Source: Eledone cirrhosa (Eukaryota). From it: a DNA stretch of 64,000 nucleotides. Below are positions 41,901 to 54,389 of this stretch, in pieces. Positions within the stretch are counted from its first letter, which is position 1. The number at the start of each line of letters is the position of its first letter. Location: positions 247,814,001-247,878,000 of the forward strand of contig OZ024741.1 of assembly GCA_964016885.1 (NCBI GenBank), given 5' to 3'. The notes under the pieces are model-generated. The model did not search any database. It was not told the origin of the DNA and saw only the letters and a list, made by a program, of their open reading frames with translations. The translations under genes and the position numbers were made by a program.

Positions 41901-44900
41901 CCCCTTGGACGGCTGCAAATTATCTCCCCTTGATTTTTTTTACAAATTATCTCCCCCTGATTTTTTTTACAAATTATCTCCCCCTGATTTTTTTTACAAA
42001 TTATCTACCCCTGATTTTTTTTACAAATTATCTCCCCCTGATTTTTTTTTACAAATTATCTCCCTCTGATTTTTTTTTACAAATTATCTCCCCCTGATTT
42101 TTTTTTACAAATTATCTCCCCCTGATTTTTTTACAAATTATCTCCCCCTGATTTTTTTTACAATCTCCGCCTGATTTTTTTAAAAATTATCTTCCCTTGG
42201 CTGGCGGGAAATTATCTCCCCTTGGACGGCTGGAAATTATCTCCCCTTGGAAGGATGGAAATTATCTCCCCTTGGACGGCTGGAAATTATCTCCCCTTGC
42301 ACGGCTGGAAATTATCTCCCCTTGGCTGGAAATTATCTCCCCTTGGACGGCTAGAAATTATCTCTCTTTGGACGGCTGGAAATTATCTCCCTTTGATTTT
42401 TTTTAAAAATTATCTCCCTCTGATTTTTTTTACAAATCTCCCCCTGATTTTTTAAAAAAAATTATCTCCCCTTCGCTGGCTGGAAATTATCTCCCCTTGG
42501 ACACTGGAAATTATAGCCCCTTGGAGGGCTGGAAATTATCTTCTCTTGGACGGCTGGAAATTATCTCCCCTTGATTTTTTTTACAAATTATCTCCCCCTG
42601 ATTTTTTTTTACAAATTATCTCCCCCGATTTTTTTTTACAAATTATCTCCCCCTGATTTTTTTTTACAAATTATCTCCCCCTGATTTTTGTTTACAAATT
42701 ATCTCCCCTTGGACGGCTGGAAATTATCTCCCCTTGGACGGCTAGAAATTACCTCTCCTTGGACGGCTGAAAATTATCCTCCCTTGGACGGCTGGAAATT
42801 ATCTCCCCTTGATTTTTTTACAAATTATCTCCCCCTGATTTTTTTTTTACAAATTATCTCACCCTGATTTTTTTTACAAATTATCTACCCCTGATTTTTT
42901 TTTACAAATTATCTCCCCCTGATTTTTTTTACAAATTATCTCCCACTGATTTTTTTTTTACAAATTATCTCCCCCTGATTTTTTTACAAATTATCTCCCC
43001 CTGATTTTTTTTACAAATTATATCCGCCTGATTTTTTTAAATATTATCTCTCCTTGGCTGGCGGGAAATTATCTCCCCTTGGACGGCTGGAAATTATCTC
43101 CCCTTGGAAGGATGGAAATTATCTCCCCTTGGACGGCTGGAAATTATCTACCCCTGATTTTTTTTACAAATTATCTCCCCCTGATTTTTTTTACAAATTA
43201 TCTCCCCCTGATTTTTTTACAAATTATCTCCCCCTGATTTTTTTTACAAATTATCTCCGCCTGATTTTTTAAAATATTATCTTACCTTGGCTGGCGGGAA
43301 ATTATCTCCCCTTGGACGGCTGAAAATTATCTCCCCTTGGACGGCTGGAAATTATCTCCCCTTGATTTTTTTTACAAATTATCTCCCCCTGATTTTTTTT
43401 TACAAATTATCTCCCCCTGATTTTTTTTACAAATTATCTCCCCCCTGATTTTTTTACAAATTATCTCCCCTTGGCTGGCTGGAAATTATCTCCCCTTGGA
43501 GGCTGGAACTTATCTCCCCTTGGACGGCTAGAAATTACCTCTCCTTGGACGGCTGGAAAATATGTCTCCTTGGACGGCTGGATATTATCTCCCCTTGGAC
43601 GGCTGGAAATTATCTCCCCTTGGACGGCTGGAAATTATCTCCCCTTGGATGGCTAGATATTACCTCCCCTTGGACGGCTGGAAATTATCTCCCTTTGATT
43701 TTTTTTACAAATTATCTCCCCCTGATTTTTTTTTACAAATTATCTCCCCCTGATTTTTTTTTACAAATTATCTCCCCCTGATTTTTGTTTACAAATTATC
43801 TCCGCCTGATTTTTTTTTAAAAATTATCTCCCCTTGGACGGCTGGAAATTATCTCCCCATGGACGGCTAGAAATTACCTCTCCTTGGACGGCTGAAAATT
43901 ATCTCCCCTTGGACGGCTGGAAATTATCTCCCCTTGATTTTTTTACAAATTATCTCCCCCTGATTTTTTTTTTACAAATTATCTCCCCCTGATTTTTTTT
44001 TACAAATTATCTACCCCTGATTTTTTTTTACAAATTATCTCCCCCTGATTTTTTTTACAAATTATCTCCCCCTGATTTTTTTTTACAAATTATCTCCCCC
44101 TGATTTTTTTACAAATTATCTCCCCCTGATTTTTTTACAAATTATCTCCGCCTGATTTTTTTAAATATTATCTCTCCTTGGCTGGCGGGAAATTATCTCC
44201 CCTTGGACTGCTGGAAATTATCTCCCCTTGGAAGGATGGAAATTATCTCCCCTTGGACGGCTAGAAATTATCTCTCTTTGGACGGCTGGAAATTATCACC
44301 CCTTGAGTTTTTTACAAATTATCTCCCCCTGATTTTTTTTACAAATCTCCCAGTGATTTTTAAAAAAAAATTATCTCCCCTTCGCTGGCTGGAAATTATC
44401 TCCCCTTGGACGCTGGAAATTATAGCCCCTTGGAGGGCTTGAAATTATCTTCCCTTGGACGGCTGGAAATTATCTCCCGTTGATTTTTTTTTACAAATTA
44501 TCTCCCCCTGATTTTTTTTTACAAATTATCTCCCCCTGATTTTTTTTTACAACTTATCTGCGCCAGATTTTTTTAAAAAAATTATCTCCCCTTGGACGGC
44601 TGGAAATTATCTCCCCTTGGACGGCTGGAAATTATCTCTCCTTGGACGGCTAGAATTTACCTCTCCTTGGACGGCTGAAAATTATCTCCCCTTGGACGGC
44701 TGGAAATTATCTCCCCTTGATTTTTTTTACAAATTATCTCCCCCTGATTTTTTTTTACGAATTATCTCCCCCTGATTTTTTTTTACAAATTATCTCCCCC
44801 TGATTTTTTTTTACAAATTATCTCCCCCTGATTTTTTTTACAAATTATCTCCCTCTGATTTTTTTACAAATTATCTCCCCTTGGCTGGCTGGAAATTATC

Positions 44901-45499
44901 TCCCCTAGGAGGCTGGAACTTATCTCCCCTTGGACGGCTAGAAATTACCTCTCTTTGGACGGCTGGAAAATATGTCTCCTTGGACGGCTGGATATTATCT
45001 CCCCTTGGACGGCTGGAAATTATCTCCCCTTGGACGGCTGGAAATTATCTCCCCTTGGATGGCTAGATATTACCTCCCCTTGGACGGCTGGAAATTATCT
45101 CCCCTTGATTTTTTTTACAAATTATCTCCCCCTGATTTTTTTTTACAAATTATCTCCCCCGATTTTTTTTTACAAATTATCTCCCCCTGATTTTTTTTTA
45201 CAAATTATCTCCCCCTGATTTTTGTTTACAAATTATCTCCCCTTGGACGGCTGGAAATTATCTCCCCTTGGACGGCTAGAAATTACCTCTCCTTGGACGG
45301 CTGAAAATTATCCTCCCTTGGACGGCTGGAAATTATCTCCCCTTGATTTTTTTACAAATTATCTCCCCCTGATTTTTTTTTTACAAATTATCTCACCCTG
45401 ATTTTTTTTACAAATTATCTACCCCTGATTTCTTTTTACAAATTATCTCCCCCTGATTTTTTTTACAAATTATCTCCCACTGATTTTTTTTTTACAAAT

Positions 45500-48400
45500 T
45501 ATCTCCCCCTGATTTTTTTACAAATTATCTCCCCCTGATTTTTTTTACAAATTATATCCGCCTGATTTTTTTAAATATTATCTCTCCTTGGCTGGCGGGA
45601 AATTATCTCCCCTTGGACGGCTGGAAATTATCTCCCCTTGGAAGGATGGAAATTATCTCCCCTTGGACGGCTAGAAATTATCTCTCTTTGGACGGCTGGA
45701 AATTATCACCCCTTGAGCTTTTTACAAATTATCTCCCCCTGATTTTTTTTACAAATCTCCCTGTGATTTTTAAAAAAAAATTATCTCCCCTTCGCTGGCT
45801 GGAAATTATCTCCCCTTGGACGCTGGAAATTATAGCCCCTTGGAGGGCTGGAAATTATCTTCCCTTGGACGGCTGGAAATTATCTCCCCTTGATTTTTTT
45901 TACAAATTATCTCCCCCTGATTTTTTTTTACAAATTATCTCCCCCTGATTTTTTTTACAACTTATCTGCGCCTGATTTTTTTTTAAAAATTATCTCCCCT
46001 TGGACGGCTGGAAATTATCTCCCCTTGGACGGCTGGAAATTATCTCTCCTTGGACGGCTAGAATTTACCTCTCCTTGGACGGCTGAAAATTATCTCCCCT
46101 TGGACGGCTGGAAATTATCTCCCCTTGATTTTTTTTACAAATTATCTCCCCCTGATTTTTTTTTACAAATTATCTCCCCCTGATTTTTTTTTACAAATTA
46201 TCTCCCCCTGATTTTTTTTTACAAATTATCTACCCCTGATTTTTTTTTGCAAATTATCTCCCCTTGGCTGGCTGGAAATTATCTCCCCTTGGAGGCTGGA
46301 ACTTATCTCCCCTTGGACGGCTAGAAATTACCTCTCCTTGGACGGCTGGAAAATATGTCTCCTTGGACGGCTGGATATTATCTCCCCTTGGACGGCTGGA
46401 AATTATCTCCCCTTGGACGGCTGAAAATTATCTCCCCTTGATTTTTTTTACAAATTATCTCCCCCTGATTTTTTTTTACAAATTATCTCCCCCTGATTTT
46501 TGTTTACAAATTATCTCCGCCTAATTTTTTTAAAAAATTATCTCCCCTTGGACGGCTGGAAATTATCTTCCCTTGGACGGATAGAAATTACCTCTCCTTG
46601 GACGGCTGAAAATTATCTCCCCTTTGACGGCTGGAAATTATCTCCCCTTGATTTTTTTACAAATTATCTGCCCCTGATTTTTTTTTTACAAATTATCTCC
46701 CCCTGATTTTTTTTTACAAATTATCTACCCCTGATTTTTTTTTACAAATTATCTCCCCCTGATTTTTTTTACAAATTATCTCCCCCTGATTTTTTTTTTA
46801 CAAATTATCTCCCCCTGATTTTTTTACAAATTATCTCCCCCTGATTTTTTTTATAAATTATCTCCGCCTGATTTTTTTAAATATTATCTCTCCTTGGCTG
46901 GCGGTAAATTATCTCCCCTTGGACGGCTGGAAATTATCTCCCCTTGGAAGGATGGAAATTATCTCCCCTTGGACGGCTGGAAATTATCTACCCCTGATTT
47001 TTTTTACAAATTATCTCCCCCTGATTTTTTTTACAAATTATCTCCCCCTGATTTTTTTTACAAATTATCTACCCCTGATTTTTTTTACAAATTATCTCCC
47101 CCTGATTTTTTTTACAAATTATCTCCCCCTGATTTTTTTTTTACAAATTATCTCACCCTGATTTTTTTACAAATTATCTCCCCCTGATTTTTTTTACAAA
47201 TTATCTCCGCCTGATTTTTTTAAATATTATCTTCCCTTGGCTGGCGGGAAATTATCTCCCCTTGAAGGGCTGAAAATTATCTCCCCTTGGACGGCTGGAA
47301 ATTATCTCCCCTTGATTTTTTTTACAAATTATCTCCCCCTGATTTTTTTTTACAAATTATCTCCCCCTGATTTTTTTTACAAATTATCTCCCCCTGATTT
47401 TTTTTTACAAATTATCTGCCGCTGATTTTTTTTACAAATTATCTCCCCCTGATTTTTTTACAAATTATCTCCCCTTGGCTGGCTGGAAATTACCTCCCCT
47501 TGGAGGCTGGAATTTATCTCCCCTTGGACGGCTAGAAATTACCTCTCCTTGGACGGCTGGAAAATATGTCTCCTTGGACGGCTGGATATTATCTCCCCTT
47601 GGACGGCTGGAAATTATCTCCCCTTGGACGGCTGGAAATTATCTCCCCTTGGACGGATAGATATTACCTCCCCTTGGACGGCTGGAAATTATCTCCCCTT
47701 GATTTTTTTTACAAATTATCTCCCCCTGATTTTTTTTTACAAATTATCTCCCCCTGATTTTTTTTTACAAATTATCTCCCCCTGATTTTTTTTTTACAAA
47801 TTATCTCCGCTTGATTTTTTAAAAAAATTATCTCCCCTTGGACGGCTGGAAATTATCTCCCCATGGACGGCTGGAAATTATCTCCCCTTGGACGGCTAGA
47901 AATTATCTCTCCTTGGACGGCTGAAAATTATCTCCCCTTGGACGGCTGCAAATTATCTCCCCTTGATTTTTTTTATAAATTATCTCCCCCTGATTTTTTT
48001 TACAAATTATCTCCCCCTGATTTTTTTTACAAATCTCCCAGTGATTTTTTTAAAAAAATTATCTCCCCTTGGACGGCTGGAAATTATCTCCCCTTGGACG
48101 GCTGGAAATTATCTCGCCTTGGACGGCTAGAATTTACCTCTCCTTGGACGGCTGAAAATTATCTCCCCTTGGACGGCTGGAAATTATCTCCCCTTGATTT
48201 TTTTTACAAATTATCTCCCCCTGATTTTTTTTTACAAATTATCTCCCCCTGATTTTTTTTTACAAATTATCTCCCCCTGATTTTTTTTTACAAATTATCT
48301 CCCCCTGATTTTTTTTACAAATTATCTCCCCCCTGATTTTTTTACAAATTATCTCCCCTTGGCTGGCTGGAAATTATCTCCCCTTGGAGGCTGGAACTTA

Positions 48401-51400
48401 TCTCCCCTTGGACGGCTAGAAATTATCTCTCTTTGGACGGCTGGAAATTATCACCCCTTGAGTTTTTTACAAATTATCTCCCCCTGATTTTTTTTACAAA
48501 TCTCCCAGTGATTTTTAAAAAAAAATTATCTCCCCTTCGCTGGCTGGAAATTATCTCCCCTTGGACGCTGGAAATTATAGCCCCTTGGAGGGCTTGAAAT
48601 TATCTTCCCTTGGACGGCTGGAAATTATCTCTCCTTGGACGGCTAGAATTTACCTCTCCTTGGACGGCTGAAAATTATCTCCCCTTGGACGGCTGGAAAT
48701 TATCTCCCCTTGATTTTTTTTACAAATTATCTCCCCCTGATTTTTTTTTACGAATTATCTCCCCCTGATTTTTTTTTACAAATTATCTCCCCCTGATTTT
48801 TTTTTACAAATTATCTCCCCCTGATTTTTTTTACAAATTATCTCCCTCTGATTTTTTTACAAATTATCTCCCCTTGGCTGGCTGGAAATTATCTCCCCTA
48901 GGAGGCTGGAACTTATCTCCCCTTGGACGGCTAGAAATTACCTCTCTTTGGACGGCTGGAAAATATGTATCCTTGGACGGCTGGATATTATCTCCCCTTG
49001 GACGGCTGGAAATTATCTCCCCTTGGACGGCTGGAAATTATCTCCCCTTGGATGGCTAGATATTACCTCCCCTTGGACGGCTGGAAATTATCTCCCCTTG
49101 ATTTTTTTTACAAATTATCTCCCCCTGATTTTTTTTTACAAATTATCTCCCCCGATTTTTTTTTACAAATTATCTCCCCCTGATTTTTTTTTACAAATTA
49201 TCTCCCCCTGATTTTTGTTTACAAATTATCTCCCCTTGGACGGCTGGAAATTATCTCCCCTTGGACGGCTAGAAATTACCTCTCCTTGGACGGCTGAAAA
49301 TTATCCTCCCTTGGACGGCTGGAAATTATCTCCCCTTGATTTTTTTACAAATTATCTCCCCCTGATTTTTTTTTTACAAATTATATCCCCCTGATTTTTT
49401 TTTACAAATTATCTCCCCCTGATTTTTTTTTACAAATTATCTCCCCCGATTTTTTTTTACAAATTATCTACCCCTGATTTTTTTTTACAAATTATCTCCC
49501 CCTGATTTTTTTTACAAATTATCTCCCACTGATTTTTTTTTTACAAATTATCTCCCCCTGATTTTTTTACAAATTATCTCCCCCTGATTTTTTTTACAAA
49601 TTATATCCGCCTGATTTTTTTAAATATTATCTCTCCTTGGCTGGCGGGAAATTATCTCCCCTTGGACGGCTGGAAATTATCTCCCCTTGGAAGGATGGAA
49701 ATTATCTCCCCTTGGACGGCTGGAAGTTATCTACCCCTGATTTTTTTTACAAATTATCTCCCCCTGATTTTTTTTACAAATTATCATCCCCTGATTTTTT
49801 TTTTACAAATTATCTCCCTCTGATTTTTTTACAAATTATCTCCCCCTGATTTTTTTTACAAATTATCTCCGCCTGATTTTTTAAAATATTATCTTACCTT
49901 GGCTGGCAGGAAATTATCTCCCCTTGGACGGCTGAAAATTATCTCCCCTTGGACGGCTGGAAATTATCTCCCCTTGATTTTTTTTACAAATTATCTCCCC
50001 CTGATTTTTTTTTACAAATTATCTCCCCCTGATTTTTTTTACAAATTATCTCCCCCCTGATTTTTTTACAAATTATCTCCCCTTGGCTGGCTGGAAATTA
50101 TCTCCCCTTGGAGGCTGGAACTTATCTCCCCTTGGACGGCTAGAAATTACCTCTCCTTGGACGGCTGGAAAATATGTCTCCTTGGACGGCTGGATATTAT
50201 CTCCCCTTGGACGGCTGGAAATTATCTCCCCTTGGACGGCTGGAAATTATCTCCCCTTGGATGGCTAGATATTACCTCCCCTTGGACGGCTGGAAATTAT
50301 CTCCCTTTGATTTTTTTTACAAATTATCTCCCCCTGATTTTTTTTTACAAATTATCTCCCCCTGATTTTTTTTTACAAATTATCTCCCCCTGATTTTTGT
50401 TTACAAATTATCTCCGCCTGATTTTTTTTTAAAAATTATCTCCCCTTGGACGGCTGGAAATTATCTCCCCTTGGACGGCTAGAAATTACCTCTCCTTGGA
50501 CGGCTGAAAATTATCTCCCCTTGGACGGCTGGAAATTATCTCCCCTTGATTTTTTTACAAATTATCTCCCCCTGATTTTTTTTTTACAAATTATCTCCCC
50601 CTGATTTTTTTTTACAAATTATCTACCCCTGATTTTTTTTTACAAATTATCTCCCCCTGATTTTTTTACAAATTATCTCCCCCTGATTTTTTTTTTACAA
50701 ATTATCTCCCCCTGATTTTTTTACAAATTATCTCCCCCTGATTTTTTTTACAAATTATATCCGCCTGATTTTTTTAAATATTATCTCTCCTTGGCTGGCG
50801 GGAAATTATCTCCCCTTGGACGGCTGGAAATTATCTCCCCTTGGAAGGATGGAAATTATCTCCCCTTGGACGGCTAGAAATTATCTCTCTTTGGACGGCT
50901 GGAAATTATCACCCCTTGAGCTTTTTACAAATTATCTCCCCCTGATTTTTTTTACAAATCTCCCTGTGATTTTTAAAAAAAAATTATCTCCCCTTCGCTG
51001 GCTGGAAATTATCTCCCCTTGGACGCTGGAAATTATAGCCCCTTGGAGGGCTGGAAATTATCTTCCCTTGGACGGCTGGAAATTATCTCCCCTTGATTTT
51101 TTTTACAAATTATCTCCCCCTGATTTTTTTTTACAAATTATCTCCCCCTGATTTTTTTTACAACTTATCTGCGCCTGATTTTTTTTTAAAAATTATCTCC
51201 CCTTGGACGGCTGGAAATTATCTCCCCTTGGACGGCTGGAAATTATCTCTCCTTGGACGGCTAGAATTTACCTCTCCTTGGACGGCTGAAAATTATCTCC
51301 CCTTGGACGGCTGGAAATTATCTCCCCTTGATTTTTTTTACAAATTATCTCCCCCTGATTTTTTTTTACAAATTATCTCCCCCTGATTTTTTTTTACAAA

Positions 51401-54200
51401 TTATCTCCCCCTGATTTTTTTTTACAAATTATCTACCCCTGATTTTTTTTTGCAAATTATCTCCCCTTGGCTGGCTGGAAATTATCTCCCCTTGGAGGCT
51501 GGAACTTATCTCCCCTTGGACGGCTAGAAATTACCTCTCCTTGGACGGCTGGAAAATATGTCTCCTTGGACGGCTGGATATTATCTCCCCTTGGACGGCT
51601 GGAAATTATCTCCCCTTGGACGGCTGAAAATTATCTCCCCTTGATTTTTTTTACAAATTATCTCCCCCTGATTTTTTTTTACAAATTATCTCCCCCTGAT
51701 TTTTGTTTACAAATTATCTCCGCCTAATTTTTTTAAAAAATTATCTCCCCTTGGACGGCTGGAAATTATCTCCCCTTGGACGGATAGAAATTACCTCTCC
51801 TTGGACGGCTGAAAATTATCTCCCCTTTGACGGCTGGAAATTATCTCCCCTTGATTTTTTTACAAATTTTCTGCCCCTGATTTTTTTTTTACAAATTATC
51901 TCCCCCTGATTTTTTTTTACAAATTATCTACCCCTGATTTTTTTTTACAAATTATCTCCCCCTGATTTTTTTTACAAATTATCTCCCCCTGATTTTTTTT
52001 TTACAAATTATCTCCCCCTGATTTTTTTACAAATTATCTCCCCCTGATTTTTTTTATAAATTATCTCCGCCTGATTTTTTTAAATATTATCTCTCCTTGG
52101 CTGGCGGGAAATTATCTCCCCTTGGACGGCTGGAAATTATCTCCCCTTGGAAGGATGGAAATTATCTCCCCTTGGACGGCTGGAAATTATCTACCCCTGA
52201 TTTTTTTTACAAATTATCTCCCCCTGATTTTTTTTACAAATTATCTCCCCCTGATTTTTTTTACAAATTATCTACCCCTGATTTTTTTTACAAATTATCT
52301 CCCCCTGATTTTTTTTACAAATTATCTCCCCCTGATTTTTTTTTTACAAATTATCTCACCCTGATTTTTTTACAAATTATCTCCCCCTGATTTTTTTTAC
52401 AAATTATCTCCGCCTGATTTTTTTAAATATTATCTTCCCTTGGCTGGCGGGAAATTATCTCCCCTTGAAGGGCTGAAAGTTATCTCCCCTTGGACGGCTG
52501 GAAATTATCTCCCCTTGATTTTTTTTACAAATTATCTCCCCCTGATTTTTTTTTACAAATTATCTCCCCCTGATTTTTTTTACAAATTATCTCCCCCTGA
52601 TTTTTTTTTACAAATTATCTGCCGCTGATTTTTTTTACAAATTATCTCCCCCTGATTTTTTTACAAATTATCTCCCCTTGGCTGGCTGGAAATTACCTCC
52701 CCTTGGAGGCTGGAATTTATCTCCCCTTGGACGGCTAGTAATTACCTCTCCTTGGACGGCTGGAAAATATGTCTCCTTGGACGGCTGGATATTATCTCCC
52801 CTTGGACGGCTGGAAATTATCTCCCCTTGGACGGCTGGAAATTATCTCCCCTTGGACGGATAGATATTACCTCCCCTTGGACGGCTGGAAATTATCTCCC
52901 CTTGATTTTTTTTACAAATTATCTCCCCCTGATTTTTTTTTACAAATTATCTCCCCCTGATTTTTTTTTACAAATTATCTCCCCCTGATTTTTTTTTTAC
53001 AAATTATCTCCGCTTGATTTTTTAAAAAAATTATCTCCCCTTGGACGGCTGGAAATTATCTCCCCATGGACGGCTGGAAATTATCTCCCCTTGGACGGCT
53101 AGAAATTATCTCTCCTTGGACGGCTGAAAATTATCTCCCCTTGGACGGCTGCAAATTATCTCCCCTTGATTTTTTTTATAAATTATCTCCCCCTGATTTT
53201 TTTTACAAATTATCTCCCCCTGATTTTTTTTACAAATCTCCCAGTGATTTTTTTAAAAAAATTATCTCCCCTTGGACGGCTGGAAATTATCTCCCCTTGG
53301 ACGGCTGGAAATTATCTCGCCTTGGACGGCTAGAATTTACCTCTCCTTGGACGGCTGAAAATTATCTCCCCTTGGACGGCTGGAAATTATCTCCCCTTGA
53401 TTTTTTTTACAAATTATCTCCCCCTGATTTTTTTTTACAAATTATCTCCCCCTGATTTTTTTTTACAAATTATCTCCCCCTGATTTTTTTTTACAAATTA
53501 TCTCCCCCTGATTTTTTTTACAAATTATCTCCCCCCTGATTTTTTTACAAATTATCTCCCCTTGGCTGGCTGGAAATTATCTCCCCTTGGAGGCTGGAAC
53601 TTATCTCCCCTTGGACGGCTAGAAATTATCTCTCTTTGGACGGCTGGAAATTATCACCCCTTGAGTTTTTTACAAATTATCTCCCCCTGATTTTTTTTAC
53701 AAATCTCCCAGTGATTTTTAAAAAAAAATTATCTCCCCTTCGCTGGCTGGAAATTATCTCCCCTTGGACGCTGGAAATTATAGCCCCTTGGAGGGCTTGA
53801 AATTATCTTCCCTTGGACGGCTGGAAATTATCTCTCCTTGGACGGCTAGAATTTACCTCTCCTTGGACGGCTGAAAATTATCTCCCCTTGGACGGCTGGA
53901 AATTATCTCCCCTTGATTTTTTTTACAAATTATCTCCCCCTGATTTTTTTTTACGAATTATCTCCCCCTGATTTTTTTTTACAAATTATCTCCCCCTGAT
54001 TTTTTTTTACAAATTATCTCCCCCTGATTTTTTTTACAAATTATCTCCCTCTGATTTTTTTACAAATTATCTCCCCTTGGCTGGCTGGAAATTATCTCCC
54101 CTAGGAGGCTGGAACTTATCTCCCCTTGGACGGCTAGAAATTACCTCTCTTTGGACGGCTGGAAAATATGTATCCTTGGACGGCTGGATATTATCTCCCC
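45500..54200 (+). repeat. 5,203-bp higher-order duplication (~1.7 copies)
   Basis: Pairs 45613/50816, 46264/51467, 46894/52097, 47863/53066 and 48874/54077. Shared markers are TTTGCAAATT (~46249/51452), CGCCTAATT and AAAATATGTATCC. Confidence 0.92.
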
Positions 54201-54389
54201 TTGGACGGCTGGAAATTATCTCCCCTTGGAAGGATGGAAATTATCTCCCCTTGGACGGCTAGAAATTATCTCTCTTTGGACGGCTGGAAATTATCACCCC
54301 TTGAGTTTTTTACAAATTATCTCCCCCTGATTTTTTTTACAAATCTCCCAGTGATTTTTTAAAAAAAATTATCTCCCCTTCGCTGGCTG

